The notes: generated from the letters alone by a model not told the origin. A DNA stretch of 32,000 nt from Raphidiopsis brookii D9 (GCA_000175855.1 ACYB01000029.1:60001-92000); one strand, 5' to 3'; positions 1 to 11,448 are shown, counted from the first letter of the stretch. Made by a program: numbers and translations.

Positions 1-40
1 AGTTTCCATTGAAATTATAATAATTTAGTTCACTCATTCC

Positions 41-72
41 AAGAATCCCCATCCCTCAGCACGAGGATTCTT
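41..72 (-). terminator. Possible stem-loop downstream of rplY
   Basis: Perfect 8 bp arms AAGAATCC (41-48) and GGATTCTT (65-72), just 3' of the rplY stop; no strong T-tract. Confidence 0.3.
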
Positions 73-90
73 GCCACTTGGGAAGACCCC

Positions 91-387
91 TTAACTCTTA
101 GCTGCAAAAAAACTCAAATGATAGGGAGTTCCCTTCGCTGGGTGAACTTGAACTTCCCTCAAAACAGTTTTACCAGTCCATTGGAGATCTGGAATACTCA
201 GTTCAATTTCCGTCTTATTAGGTGCAGCTTGTTTAAGCAAGCGATCAACTGTTTTAGCTTCCAGAGCCAAGGAAATTGACTCAGTACCGTTATGTCCATA
301 CAAATTAGCAGGGATCAAACCAGAACGGCGTAAAGCCTTGGGTTTAATGCCTTCTGGACGTTTTTGAGATTCTACTGTCAGTGCCAT
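91..387 (-). CDS. rplY: 50S ribosomal protein L25 (short form, Ctc-like)
   Basis: 98 aa ORF; N-terminal [34 protein letters not shown] is typical of the L25 family in cyanobacteria. Confidence 0.85.
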   Translation of the reverse strand: MALTVESQKRPEGIKPKALRRSGLIPANLYGHNGTESISLALEAKTVDRLLKQAAPNKTEIELSIPDLQWTGKTVLREVQVHPAKGTPYHLSFFAAKS

Positions 388-451
388 ACTAGTTTTAACT
401 TGTCAATTAGTTATCAGCTATCAATTAATCAGTCACCAATCACCGCTCCAG

Positions 452-1795
<1,344 letters not shown>

Positions 1796-1885
1796 TTAAA
1801 AGTAAAGTTTTCACAAACAATCATTATCACCAGATTGTTTGGGATTTGTCAAGGGATTTTAGGAACTACTTCATTATATTTTTCA

Positions 1886-2551
1886 TTATATTTGGGTCAA
1901 ACTATATGCCAAAATAGCACTACCAATGGGAACTGTTAAATTATCAATCCCCCAAAAGGAAACGGATTCTAGTAATGCGGCAAGGATAGATACTAGCGCT
2001 GATACTAACCATATTTGCCAACTACTTCCCCGTGCAGCTAATAAAATAATTACACTTACTAAGTAACTAACAACTGTCATGGTTAAAGACCCTTCCCAGC
2101 TTTTATTCACGCCAAATAGGTAATACTTGTGCTTACCAAATCTTTGTCCAATTAGTGCTGCTAGTCCATCACCCCATGCCATAATTAAAATACCTAAAGC
2201 TGCATATTCTGGTTTATGCAAATACCAAAAATATCCAACCAAAATTCCAATACTCACAGCATAAAAAAAAGTGCCTAAACTGTGTCTCCCCACACTATTA
2301 ATTCCCGGTAAAATTGGCACAAAATATGACATGATGCTAATTAGACCAGCTAAAATTGCTGCACTAATTCCCACGTAAGCAGGAATATGGAACCACCAAG
2401 CTAATAAAATTACATTACCAGTACCTATATGCACAATTTTACGGATGATTTCCGGTTGAGCAGGAGTAAACCGACTGACCAACCAAGCAATTAATATGAT
2501 TAAAAAGACCCAACCAGCAGCGATCGCAATTTTCAACCACAATGGAAACAT
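1886..2551 (-). CDS. Phytol/farnesol/dolichol kinase-like (phosphatidate cytidylyltransferase/SEC59/VTE5-type) membrane protein
   Basis: 221 aa multi-TM; RKIVHIGTGN, MAWGDGLAALIGQRFGKHKY and KSWEGSLTM motifs. Confidence 0.8.
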   Translation of the reverse strand: MFPLWLKIAIAAGWVFLIILIAWLVSRFTPAQPEIIRKIVHIGTGNVILLAWWFHIPAYVGISAAILAGLISIMSYFVPILPGINSVGRHSLGTFFYAVSIGILVGYFWYLHKPEYAALGILIMAWGDGLAALIGQRFGKHKYYLFGVNKSWEGSLTMTVVSYLVSVIILLAARGSSWQIWLVSALVSILAALLESVSFWGIDNLTVPIGSAILAYSLTQI

Positions 2552-2812
2552 GGATTCTAAATCGGAGAATGTAATCTTGAGAGGTACAGTTATTATACAG
2601 GTCTAACCAATAGAATTTCTATTTCCTCCCTTTCGCTTTCTAAAGTCTATCCTCGGATTTATGAATTCCTGAGCAATAGTGCTTATGTTTATATTATTAG
2701 ATGGAAATGATAAGAGTTAGTAAAGATCACCTTTGGTCAATAAATGTCTATGACTATTGCTAAACGTTACTGAGTATTGGCGTGTACTTGTAAAATATTG
2801 CCATAAAATACT

Positions 2813-3013
2813 GTGAAATCTTTATACCAATATCAAGGAGATTCTCAAGACCAGATTGAGAATGGATATGATGATCCAAATTTTGAACATTTACACCCGG
2901 TTGAAGTGAATGAATTTCTCCCTCAAATTCATAGATTGACTACTATTGGTGCGGGGATAATGTTGACTATTTTTTTGGTTCGGGATAGCTTTAGCAACTG
3001 TACTGACTTATAA
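2813..3013 (+). CDS. HlyD-family secretion adaptor, N-terminal fragment (frameshifted; continues in the next ORF)
   Basis: Cytoplasmic N-terminus plus start of a TM segment. The reading frame continues as IALATVLTYKTTVKVTGTIRPVGEIKLVE in the +1 frame after T7 at 2970-2976. Confidence 0.75.
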   Translation: MKSLYQYQGDSQDQIENGYDDPNFEHLHPVEVNEFLPQIHRLTTIGAGIMLTIFLVRDSFSNCTDL

Positions 3014-3047
3014 AACAACCGTTAAAGTAACTGGTACTATTAGACCA

Positions 3048-4346
3048 GTGGGAGAAATCAAATTAGTTGAGTCAGCTATTTCTGGGGAAGTACAAAGAAT
3101 TTTAGTGCAAAATCATCAGGTAGTTCGTCAAGGAGATAGCATGGCTTTTGTTGATGATTCCCAAGTAAACACCCAAAAGAAACAATTAGAAGATAGCATT
3201 GAAAAATCTCAATTACAACTGTTAGGAATCGAATCTCAGCTCAATGAAATTCGCAACCAAATTCTAGATCAAGCTAATTTAAATGAGCAGACAGTTTTTG
3301 CTGCACAATCGGAATTTATGGGAACTCAACGTAATTTTGATGATCAACGGATTAAGGGAAATGCAGAATTATTGCAAGCAGAAATTGCCTTTCACTTTGC
3401 CAAATCACAACTACAACGACTAGAAAAACAGGGAATTCTCAAATCTACCATCCAAGAAGCAGAAACCGCTTTAAAACTCGCCATACTTCAAAGAGATAGA
3501 CTACAAGCGATCGCCCGTTCTGGTGCTATTCCTGCGAATCTTCTAGAAGAAAAACAACAAGCAATAAAATCTGCACGAGCCAAATTAGAAAGTGCCAAAA
3601 ATAATGCTCAAACTTTGTGGGATGATAAACAACAGGCTTTCAAAATTGCTCAAACAAACCTATATAAAGCCAGAACAGCTATGAATCCCAGTAATTCGGC
3701 TGTGATTATTGCATCACAACGCATAAAACAGGAACGAGCTAGGGGAGAAATGACTATTGCAGCTTTAAATAAAGAACTGGGCAACTTATTACAACAAAGG
3801 CTAGAAATACAAAAACAACTAACTCGTTACCGTCAGGATTTGCTGCAAACAGAAATTAACTTACAAAAAACTGTAATTCGTGCACCTATTACCGGAACAC
3901 TGCTACAATTGAAACTTCGGAATATTGGACAAGTGGTTCAATCTGGTCAAGCGATCGCCCAAATTGCTCCGCTCAATGTTCCGTTAGAGATTAAGGCTTA
4001 TATACCGAGTCAGGAAATTAATAAAGTACAAGTAGGAAGAAAGTTCCAAATGCGAGTTTCTGCTTGTCCTTATCCAGATTATGGTACTCTCAGGGGTAGG
4101 GTTAAAAATATTTCTCCAGATGTTTTATCTAGTAATGTAATAACTAACAACATAACCGATAATATAACCAACACCACTGGCATAAATGGATATGAAGTCA
4201 CTATGGAACCAGAAACATTATATCTTGGTAAAGGAGAAAATAAATGTTATCTACAACCAGGGATGGAAGGAGGTACTGATATTATTTCCCGCGAAGAAAA
4301 TGTGATGCAATTTATCCTCCGTAAAGCCAGACTAATTAGCAATTAG
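3048..4346 (+). CDS. HlyD-family secretion adaptor (membrane fusion protein), main body
   Basis: 432 aa; biotinyl-lipoyl-like half (SGEVQRILVQNHQVVRQGDSMAFVDD), long coiled coil, second half (VIRAPITGTLLQLKLRNIGQVVQSGQAIAQIAP). Confidence 0.85.
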   Translation: MGEIKLVESAISGEVQRILVQNHQVVRQGDSMAFVDDSQVNTQKKQLEDSIEKSQLQLLGIESQLNEIRNQILDQANLNEQTVFAAQSEFMGTQRNFDDQRIKGNAELLQAEIAFHFAKSQLQRLEKQGILKSTIQEAETALKLAILQRDRLQAIARSGAIPANLLEEKQQAIKSARAKLESAKNNAQTLWDDKQQAFKIAQTNLYKARTAMNPSNSAVIIASQRIKQERARGEMTIAALNKELGNLLQQRLEIQKQLTRYRQDLLQTEINLQKTVIRAPITGTLLQLKLRNIGQVVQSGQAIAQIAPLNVPLEIKAYIPSQEINKVQVGRKFQMRVSACPYPDYGTLRGRVKNISPDVLSSNVITNNITDNITNTTGINGYEVTMEPETLYLGKGENKCYLQPGMEGGTDIISREENVMQFILRKARLISN

Positions 4347-4350
4347 GGAT

Positions 4351-4366
4351 GGAGAATAATTTCTCC
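4351..4366. other. Small hairpin between the HlyD and ABC exporter genes
   Basis: GGAGAA-TAAT-TTCTCC, 6 bp perfect stem with a 4 nt loop. Confidence 0.35.
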
Positions 4367-4418
4367 CCATTTTCATAGTTTATCAATTGTTACTCACAAA
4401 TAAGTCCCACATTCAAAT

Positions 4419-5939
4419 ATGATGTTTAATCCATTCCAATCTAGGAAAAAATACGAATGTGTTTTACAAGCAAGTGAAGAAGACTGCGGAGCAGCTTGTC
4501 TAGTTTCCCTCTGCAAATACTACGGGAGATTTTTAACCATTAATAAAAGTCGAGAAGCAGTAGGAACAGGACAATTGGGAACGACACTATTGGGCTTAAA
4601 ACGTGGATCGGATAGTTTAGGATTTAATTCCAGAGCGGTTAAAGCAGCACCGGAAATCTTAGACCGAATCACGGAAATTCCCTTACCAGCTATTATTCAT
4701 TGGCGGGGTCATCATTGGGTCATTCTCTATGGTACTCGGGGCAAAAAATATGTTATTGCTGATCCAGCTGTGGGTGTTCGCTATATTGAACGCCAAGAAC
4801 TATTAGCAGCTTGGAATGGAGTGACTCTATTATTAGAACCTGACCCAGAACAGTTTTCTACCCAATCTCAAGAGCAACCTCATAGTGGTTTATTACGCTT
4901 TTTCTTGAGAATTTTACCCTATCGCGGACTATTAGCACAAGTTATTATTATCAATATTATTCTGGGTGTGTTAGCTTTAGGAACTCCAATTCTCATTCAA
5001 TTATTAACTGATGATGTTTTAGTCAGGGGTGACATACAACTACTGTCAGTAGTTGTGTATGCTGTGGTTGTGATGACCATATTTAGCAGCAGTTTACAAC
5101 TAATACAATCTACTATGATTGCCCATTTTGGGCAAAGATTACAGTTGGGACTGGTCTTGGATTTTGGTCGTAAATTGTTGCAATTGCCTTTGAGTTATTA
5201 TGAGTCCCGTCGTAGTGGTGAAATTACCAGTCGATTGAGTGATATTAACGAAATTAATCAGTTGGTTTCTCAACTTGTCATTCTTTTGCCTAGTCAATTT
5301 TTTGTAGCACTTATTTCCCTAGGACTAATGGTATTTTATAGCTGGCAATTAACCATAGCAGTGATAATTTTCGCCGCTGTCATGACTCTGGTCGCTCTAC
5401 CATTTTTGCCCATACTGCAACAAAAAACTCGTAGTCTACTAGTTTTAGGAGCAGAAAATCAAGGAGTATTAGTGGAAACCTTTAAAGGAGCTCAGGTTGT
5501 AAAAACGACCAATGCTGCACCCCAATTTTGGGATGAGTTCCAAAGTCGTTTTGGTCGATTCGCCAATCTGAATTTTAGCACTATTCAACTGGATATTATT
5601 AATGGCACTATCGCCAAACTTCTTTCTAGTTTGGGTGGTGTTATTTTATTAGGTTTGGGCAGTATATTGGTGATTAACCATCAATTGAGTATTGGACAAA
5701 TGCTGGCGTTTAATACCTTACAAATTAATGTTTTGGCTTTAATTGTATTTGTGGTGGGACTGGTGGATGAATATTTTCGTTCACAAACGGCAATCTCCCG
5801 ATTATTAGAAGTAATTGATGCTACGCCAGAAGTAGTGGGCGGTGGGCAAAAACCAATTGCTCAAATTGCTGGTGATGCGGATTATTTTTTTTTCTCACTT
5901 GACATTTCACCATCTAGGAAGGGTAGACCTATTAGATGA
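4419..5939 (+). CDS. Peptidase C39-containing ABC exporter, peptidase + transmembrane part (frameshifted before the ATPase domain)
   Basis: CVLQASEEDCGAACLVSLCKYYG and HWRGHHWVILYG (C39 Cys/His motifs, double-glycine leader peptidase type) followed by the ABC membrane domain; leaves frame in T9 at 5885-5893. Confidence 0.88.
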   Translation: MMFNPFQSRKKYECVLQASEEDCGAACLVSLCKYYGRFLTINKSREAVGTGQLGTTLLGLKRGSDSLGFNSRAVKAAPEILDRITEIPLPAIIHWRGHHWVILYGTRGKKYVIADPAVGVRYIERQELLAAWNGVTLLLEPDPEQFSTQSQEQPHSGLLRFFLRILPYRGLLAQVIIINIILGVLALGTPILIQLLTDDVLVRGDIQLLSVVVYAVVVMTIFSSSLQLIQSTMIAHFGQRLQLGLVLDFGRKLLQLPLSYYESRRSGEITSRLSDINEINQLVSQLVILLPSQFFVALISLGLMVFYSWQLTIAVIIFAAVMTLVALPFLPILQQKTRSLLVLGAENQGVLVETFKGAQVVKTTNAAPQFWDEFQSRFGRFANLNFSTIQLDIINGTIAKLLSSLGGVILLGLGSILVINHQLSIGQMLAFNTLQINVLALIVFVVGLVDEYFRSQTAISRLLEVIDATPEVVGGGQKPIAQIAGDADYFFFSLDISPSRKGRPIR

Positions 5940-6591
5940 TTTTTCTCTCAAACTTCCCGGTGGTAAAGTTATTGCTATCATTGGTAAATCAGGTTGTGGT
6001 AAAAGTACCTTGGCAAAACTTTTAGGTGGGTTATATCAACCCAGTTCGGGAAACATCCGAATTGGAGTTTTTAACATTCATGATCTCGCCCTTGATTGTT
6101 TACGCCAACAGGTAGTTTATGTACCTCAAGACCCTCATTTCTGGAGTCGTTCAATTTTAGAAAACTTTAGATTGGGTATACCTAATCTTTCTTTTGATCA
6201 GATAGTCCAAGCTTGTGAAATTGCTGATGCTGATGGTTTTATTAGTCAATTACCTAATAAGTATCAAACCGTTTTGGGAGAATTTGGAGCTAATCTTTCC
6301 GGTGGACAAAGACAACGATTGGCGATCGCACGAGGAATACTCAATAACCCTCCGGTTCTCATCTTAGATGAAGCTACTGCTGGATTAGACCCTGTCAGCG
6401 AAACCCATGTTCTAGACCGACTATTGGCATTTCGCAAGGGAAAAACCACAATTTTAATTACCCATCGTCCCAGCGTAATGCACCGTGCTGATTGGATTGT
6501 CTTATTAGAACAAGGGAAAATTCAATTACAAGGTAGTTTAGAAACTTTTATTGCTCAACCTGGGGAGCATTTACACTTTCTCACTATTTAG
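5842..6591 (+). CDS. ABC exporter ATPase domain (continuation of the C39 ABC exporter in the +1 frame)
   Basis: Walker A GKSGCGKST, signature LSGGQRQRLAIARG, Walker B VLILDEAT, H-loop ITHRP. Confidence 0.88.
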   Translation: MGKNQLLKLLVMRIIFFSHLTFHHLGRVDLLDDFSLKLPGGKVIAIIGKSGCGKSTLAKLLGGLYQPSSGNIRIGVFNIHDLALDCLRQQVVYVPQDPHFWSRSILENFRLGIPNLSFDQIVQACEIADADGFISQLPNKYQTVLGEFGANLSGGQRQRLAIARGILNNPPVLILDEATAGLDPVSETHVLDRLLAFRKGKTTILITHRPSVMHRADWIVLLEQGKIQLQGSLETFIAQPGEHLHFLTI

Positions 6592-6634
6592 TAATTATAA
6601 GTAATTATAAAATGTTTAATCTCCATAAACAACC

Positions 6635-6681
6635 AAATCCCCGATCTCTTTTAAGATATACCTTAAAGATCTCGGGGATTT
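6635..6681. terminator. Bidirectional intrinsic-type terminator between convergent genes
   Basis: Perfect 10 bp arms AAATCCCCGA (6635-6644) and TCGGGGATTT (6672-6681) with further imperfect inner pairing, between an ORF ending at 6591 (+) and one ending at 6692 (-). Confidence 0.65.
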
Positions 6682-6691
6682 AAGACCGTCT

Positions 6692-8308
6692 CTAAGTCAA
6701 AGTAACAGTTAAAGTTCCCGGTCTACTCAAATCACCTGTCAAAACCACACCTCGATTATTAGCATGAAGATGACGGAGAATTTTGTAAATGGGTTCTACC
6801 TGTTCACTCGCACCTGCTTTGTCAGCTATCTCCCCAATGGTTAGTCCTTTCCTTTCGGATTCTAATACCTTGATTACCTTCTGCTGTAAGTCCAGTATTA
6901 CTGCTGCTGCTTTTTTCCCTGCTTCTACGCCTGGCTGATGATAAGCATTAATATTTACCAAACTGGCATATAAACCCACAGCTCTCTCATACAATGCAAT
7001 TAATGCTCCTACTGTTTGAGCATTAACTTGAGGAATTGTCACAGTAATGGAATCCCGATGGTTCTCATACAGTGCTTGACGGGTTCCTAATAAAAACCCA
7101 GATAGGTAATCACCAGCAGTCACACCAGGATCAATTTCCGAAGATGCACCTTGACGATCTTCCAACACCTCAATTAAGGTGGCAAAAAAATTAGGCACTC
7201 CTTCTCTTAACTGTTGTACATAAGCATGCTGGTCTGTTGAACCTTTGTTTCCATACACAGCAATACCCTGATGTACAGTCTTGCCATCTAAATCTTTCTC
7301 CTTGCCTAAAGACTCCATTACCAATTGTTGTAAGTAACGGCTAAATAATAACAAGCTGTCTTTATAGGGCAACACAACCATGTCCTTTTTCACCCTTACC
7401 ATTACCAGAAAATACCAGGACAAAGCTAATAAAGCTGCTGGATTATTTTTAATGTTGGCAATGCGAGTAGCATCATCCATCTGTTTAGCACCATCTAGCA
7501 TAGCACGAATATTAATACCCTGCAATGCTGCTGGGACTAAACCCACAGCGGACATTTCTGAAGTCCTTCCACCTACCCAATCATACATGGGGAAGGTCCC
7601 TAACCAGTTTTCTGATTTGGCAACCTTATCCAGATTACTACCCGTACTAGTAATGGCGATCGCATATTGGGCAAAGTCTAAATTTCTACGGGAGTATGCC
7701 TGTTTCACCTCTATCATACCATTGCGAGGTTCGGGTGTACCACCAGACTTGGAAATAACTAATACTAGGGTGCTACTTAACCTATCTCCCACGCGGGAAA
7801 CCACTCGGTCAATTCCTGCAGGGTCACTATTGTCGATAAAGTGAATGTTAAGAGGGGGAAGGTCAGGAGCAAGTGCTTCTGCAACAAATTGTGGACCTAA
7901 AGCTGAACCTCCAATTCCAATGGAGATAATATCGGTAAAGCGGTTTTCTTTAGGGGGATGTATGGCTCCAGTGTGCACTTGACCTGCAAAAACTTCGATT
8001 TCTTCTAAAGTTCTGACAATTTCCGCTCTCAGTTGGGAACTGGGTGCTAAATCGGGATTTCGCAACCAGTAATGTCCCACCATGCGGTTTTCATCGGGAT
8101 TGGCAATTGCTCCCTTTTCGAGAGCTACCATTTCCTTAAATGCTTGCTCAAATTTTGACTGTAATGACTCCACGAAAGTGTTATCAAACCGAATTCGGCT
8201 GATATCTAGATACAGTCCTAATCCCTCGTGGTAATATAACCAGTCTTGGTATCGTTGCCAAAGTTCCTTAGCATCCATAATGAGGGAATTCTCACATAAC
8301 TTAGTCAA
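6692..8308 (-). CDS. pgi: Glucose-6-phosphate isomerase
   Basis: 538 aa; [47 protein letters not shown] motifs. Confidence 0.97.
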   Translation of the reverse strand: MTKLCENSLIMDAKELWQRYQDWLYYHEGLGLYLDISRIRFDNTFVESLQSKFEQAFKEMVALEKGAIANPDENRMVGHYWLRNPDLAPSSQLRAEIVRTLEEIEVFAGQVHTGAIHPPKENRFTDIISIGIGGSALGPQFVAEALAPDLPPLNIHFIDNSDPAGIDRVVSRVGDRLSSTLVLVISKSGGTPEPRNGMIEVKQAYSRRNLDFAQYAIAITSTGSNLDKVAKSENWLGTFPMYDWVGGRTSEMSAVGLVPAALQGINIRAMLDGAKQMDDATRIANIKNNPAALLALSWYFLVMVRVKKDMVVLPYKDSLLLFSRYLQQLVMESLGKEKDLDGKTVHQGIAVYGNKGSTDQHAYVQQLREGVPNFFATLIEVLEDRQGASSEIDPGVTAGDYLSGFLLGTRQALYENHRDSITVTIPQVNAQTVGALIALYERAVGLYASLVNINAYHQPGVEAGKKAAAVILDLQQKVIKVLESERKGLTIGEIADKAGASEQVEPIYKILRHLHANNRGVVLTGDLSRPGTLTVTLT

Positions 8309-8486
8309 ACTCCAGTTTAATCTATGGTTTTGGCGATCCCTGCTCTGTCTTATACAGTTTGTAATCAGGAGTTATGACTTTGGTTAAATATGGTTAAGTT
8401 TTGTTAAACTTCCTTATTATATCACATTCATGGCTTATCCTATGTGACAATGGCCCACCCTTATCCCTTTTGAAAAATCCCTGGTT

Positions 8487-9623
8487 ATGAGTGAATACCT
8501 GATCTTTTTGGCTATTTCTACCGCTACTTTTTCTTTGTTTGCATTGGGACTTAATTTGCAGTGGGGTTTTACTGGTCTGATTAGTTTTGGTCATATTGCT
8601 TTTATGACGTTAGGTGCCTATACCACTGTTATTTTAAGTCTCAAGGGTGTTCCTCTATTCTTATCTGCTGTTGCTGGAGCAATTGTGGCTGCTTTGTTGG
8701 GTCTGGTTATTGGTTTTGCTACTTTGCGTCTGAGAGAAGATTATTTAGGTATTGTCACTATTGGTACTGGTGAGCTGATTCGGTTAGTTTTTAACAATCA
8801 AGATTTACCAGTGGGCGATCGCTGGATATCTGGAGCTTTTGGTATTCAAAGTTATGTGATTCCCCTAGCAACAACACCTAATTTATTGTTCCGATTAGTG
8901 ATGATTGGAGTACTTACTTTACTCACAAGTATTACTTTATTTTCTCTATGGCGTTGGGTAAAAAACAGTACTAAATCTGCCAATCAACCAAAGAATAATT
9001 TAAAAAACAATTATAGATCAGAATTTACTTCCCATTTAGTGGTAGCTATAATTTTGGGTTTGTTGTCATTAGCGATTTATATTGCTGGTGTGCTAGGACT
9101 TTACAACTACAATCCCAAAGCAGGATTAATGTTACTGGTCTTATTAGTTCTAGCTTTTGTATTTTGGCGGTTAGAATTTTTAGTTCAATCTCCTTGGGGA
9201 CGTGTTCTTAAAGCAATTCGAGAAGATGAAGAAGTACCTAAAGCTCTGGGCAAAAATGTTTTTTCCTACAAATTACAATCTTTAATCTTAGGTGGTGCGA
9301 TCGCTGGAATTGCTGGTGCTTTTTTTGCTTGGCAACTGAGTGCTATTTATCCCGATAACTTTCAACCACAACTGACCTTTGATGCTTGGATTATGGTAAT
9401 TTTAGGAGGGTCTGGCAATAATCTGGGGACAATTTTGGGAGCGGTAATTTATTTTGCCTATGATGCTCTAACCAGAGAATTTTTGCCCAAAATAGTTCCT
9501 TTGGATGCGGAGCGTATTGGTGCTTTTCGGATTATGTTCATCGGTCTCATTCTTATGAGCTTAATGATTTGGCGACCTCAAGGTATTTTAGGAAAAAAGG
9601 AAGAACTCACTCTAGGAAAATAG
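8487..9623 (+). CDS. Branched-chain/neutral amino-acid-type ABC transporter permease (LivM family; Nat-system-like)
   Basis: 378 aa; GLNLQWGFTGLISFGHIAFMTLGAYT, SPWGRVLKAIREDEEVPKALGKNVFSYKLQSLILGGAIAGIAGAFFAW, MVILGGSGNNLGTILGA. Confidence 0.88.
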   Translation: MSEYLIFLAISTATFSLFALGLNLQWGFTGLISFGHIAFMTLGAYTTVILSLKGVPLFLSAVAGAIVAALLGLVIGFATLRLREDYLGIVTIGTGELIRLVFNNQDLPVGDRWISGAFGIQSYVIPLATTPNLLFRLVMIGVLTLLTSITLFSLWRWVKNSTKSANQPKNNLKNNYRSEFTSHLVVAIILGLLSLAIYIAGVLGLYNYNPKAGLMLLVLLVLAFVFWRLEFLVQSPWGRVLKAIREDEEVPKALGKNVFSYKLQSLILGGAIAGIAGAFFAWQLSAIYPDNFQPQLTFDAWIMVILGGSGNNLGTILGAVIYFAYDALTREFLPKIVPLDAERIGAFRIMFIGLILMSLMIWRPQGILGKKEELTLGK

Positions 9624-9648
9624 TTTATTGGCTTCAAATAATGGACTT

Positions 9649-11385
9649 TCAGTCATGATTATTTTTCTTCCCTGGTTTATCCCCTAAGTGCACGCTACCA
9701 AGACCCTGAAGTACACCGCGAGCAATTAATCCTAAACCTCTACCAACTATTTTTGTTAAAACAAACACTATAACATTACCCACAAAAGACAATAGAGACT
9801 GTAACCGAGGTGCGATCGCATCTCTCAACTCCAACACTAGTGTTACTACTAGGGGAATACCGGAAAGGTTAGCTAGTTGCTGGTTACGGGGGGAATAAAT
9901 AGAAGTTTTAGCAATACCACGAGGTGCAATGACAAACAGTTCATAACGACTTTCAAAAATTGCCTGGGGTTCACCAAAATAGCGACTCAACCAGTATTTC
10001 CAAGATAGGTTGTTTCTAAATCTTTCAATTTCTCGTGTGGAGATAAAATGACGGTCGTAAAAATGTTGTTTGACGGTTTCTATATCAGCTAAAAGGTTGA
10101 TTAGGGGTTGCAATACACCATTGGCAATTTGAATTAATAGATTTTCTAAAATCATTAATATTTGATAATTGGCTGACTCTGAACCTGGAGAATACAACTT
10201 ATTATCCACATATAAGTCGGTTTGCCAAATTAGATAGGATACTAATTCTTCAACCAGGGGAATTTTATCCAGTATTTCAGTTTCTACCCCCCTAGCATTA
10301 TCTAATAAGAATCCTACTGTTTCTATGGTGATCTTACCCACATTTACCTGGGGGAGTTGACCATAAAATTCTCTCACTACTCCCTCCCATAAATCATAAA
10401 GTATTTCTTGCTTTAAATTGGATAGTTGGGAAATCTCAACTTGGGAGTCTCGGAGTTTATCTAAGCGGTGAGATAATTTTTGTAATATCAGATAAAGCAG
10501 TTCCTTTTTTTTCTCCTCCCGTAAGATATCAATTTCTAATGGCACTTCCCCTATATTGGGTAAAGGAAACTGCAGCTTGTCAAGGCAAGATGTAAATATT
10601 ATTGATTGTAGAGCTTTTTTAGTTTGTAATGGTGACCTAGCTATTGGCACTGACTCAGGTTCACCGGGATCCCTAAGAGGGGGAACAAGTTGTGGTTCTG
10701 ATAAACCAAATAACTGATGTACTAACCAACCCGCAGCTAAAAGTTCTCTCCTATGTCCAGCTAAAATGACTCGCTCCAATAATGGGATTCCAGGAATCCT
10801 TAGTCTTACCGTAACCTTGGTCAAATCTCGAGTGATATAACTAATTCCCGATGAGTGGATTTTATTTCTCCAGAGGGTTAAGGGTGAATCCAATGCAAGA
10901 GATTTACCCCACCAATAATCACCACCTTTGGCAATTTCCTCCATAATCGAAACTAAGGTAGAAATTGATATACCTTTGGGACAATAGCCATTCACACCTA
11001 TATTTTTTGCTGCCAAAAGAGTTTCTGAATTGGACACCCCTGTAAGTAATAGAATTGGTATATGGGGATATAGAGCTTTGAGCTGTTCACAAAATTGTAA
11101 CCCTAACTCTGCTTCTTGAGAGTTCCTACCCAATTCTAAAACTATTAGATTAATTTCTCTGTGGTCTTTCTCTTGTTCTTGACTATTTTCGTTTTCACCA
11201 GCTTGTTCCTGACCAAAAGCAGTCTTACCTAATAACTGTAACGCAGCACTGCCATCAGAAACGTCACCTATTAATTTAATAGAAGATGAAGCTTCTAAAG
11301 CAATCCTTAAACCCAGACGAAAAATGGGATCTGAGTCAATTAATAGCGCACTCAGGTGTGGGAAGGTCAGAAGGCGATCGCTCAT
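9649..11385 (-). CDS. Receiver-like domain + DUF3685 (Ycf55-like) protein
   Basis: 578 aa; N-terminal receiver fold (LSALLIDSDPIFRLGLR, IPILLLTG, GYCPKG), C-terminal region typical of the cyanobacterial DUF3685/Ycf55 family. Confidence 0.75.
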   Translation of the reverse strand: MSDRLLTFPHLSALLIDSDPIFRLGLRIALEASSSIKLIGDVSDGSAALQLLGKTAFGQEQAGENENSQEQEKDHREINLIVLELGRNSQEAELGLQFCEQLKALYPHIPILLLTGVSNSETLLAAKNIGVNGYCPKGISISTLVSIMEEIAKGGDYWWGKSLALDSPLTLWRNKIHSSGISYITRDLTKVTVRLRIPGIPLLERVILAGHRRELLAAGWLVHQLFGLSEPQLVPPLRDPGEPESVPIARSPLQTKKALQSIIFTSCLDKLQFPLPNIGEVPLEIDILREEKKKELLYLILQKLSHRLDKLRDSQVEISQLSNLKQEILYDLWEGVVREFYGQLPQVNVGKITIETVGFLLDNARGVETEILDKIPLVEELVSYLIWQTDLYVDNKLYSPGSESANYQILMILENLLIQIANGVLQPLINLLADIETVKQHFYDRHFISTREIERFRNNLSWKYWLSRYFGEPQAIFESRYELFVIAPRGIAKTSIYSPRNQQLANLSGIPLVVTLVLELRDAIAPRLQSLLSFVGNVIVFVLTKIVGRGLGLIARGVLQGLGSVHLGDKPGKKNNHD

Positions 11386-11448
11386 GTCAGGTCACGTAAA
11401 AACAGAATCTTTTCCAGTTGAAAAACCCTAGTTCGGTCAATATTTTTC

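Noticed and set aside
7380-7844. 154 aa + strand ORF inside pgi
   Set aside because: Antisense to the conserved sugar-isomerase core; no recognisable domain.
8394-8594. 66 aa ORF on the - strand overlapping the start of the LivM-family gene
   Set aside because: No family features, Lys/Ser/Thr-rich, overlaps a convincing CDS on the opposite strand; probably spurious.
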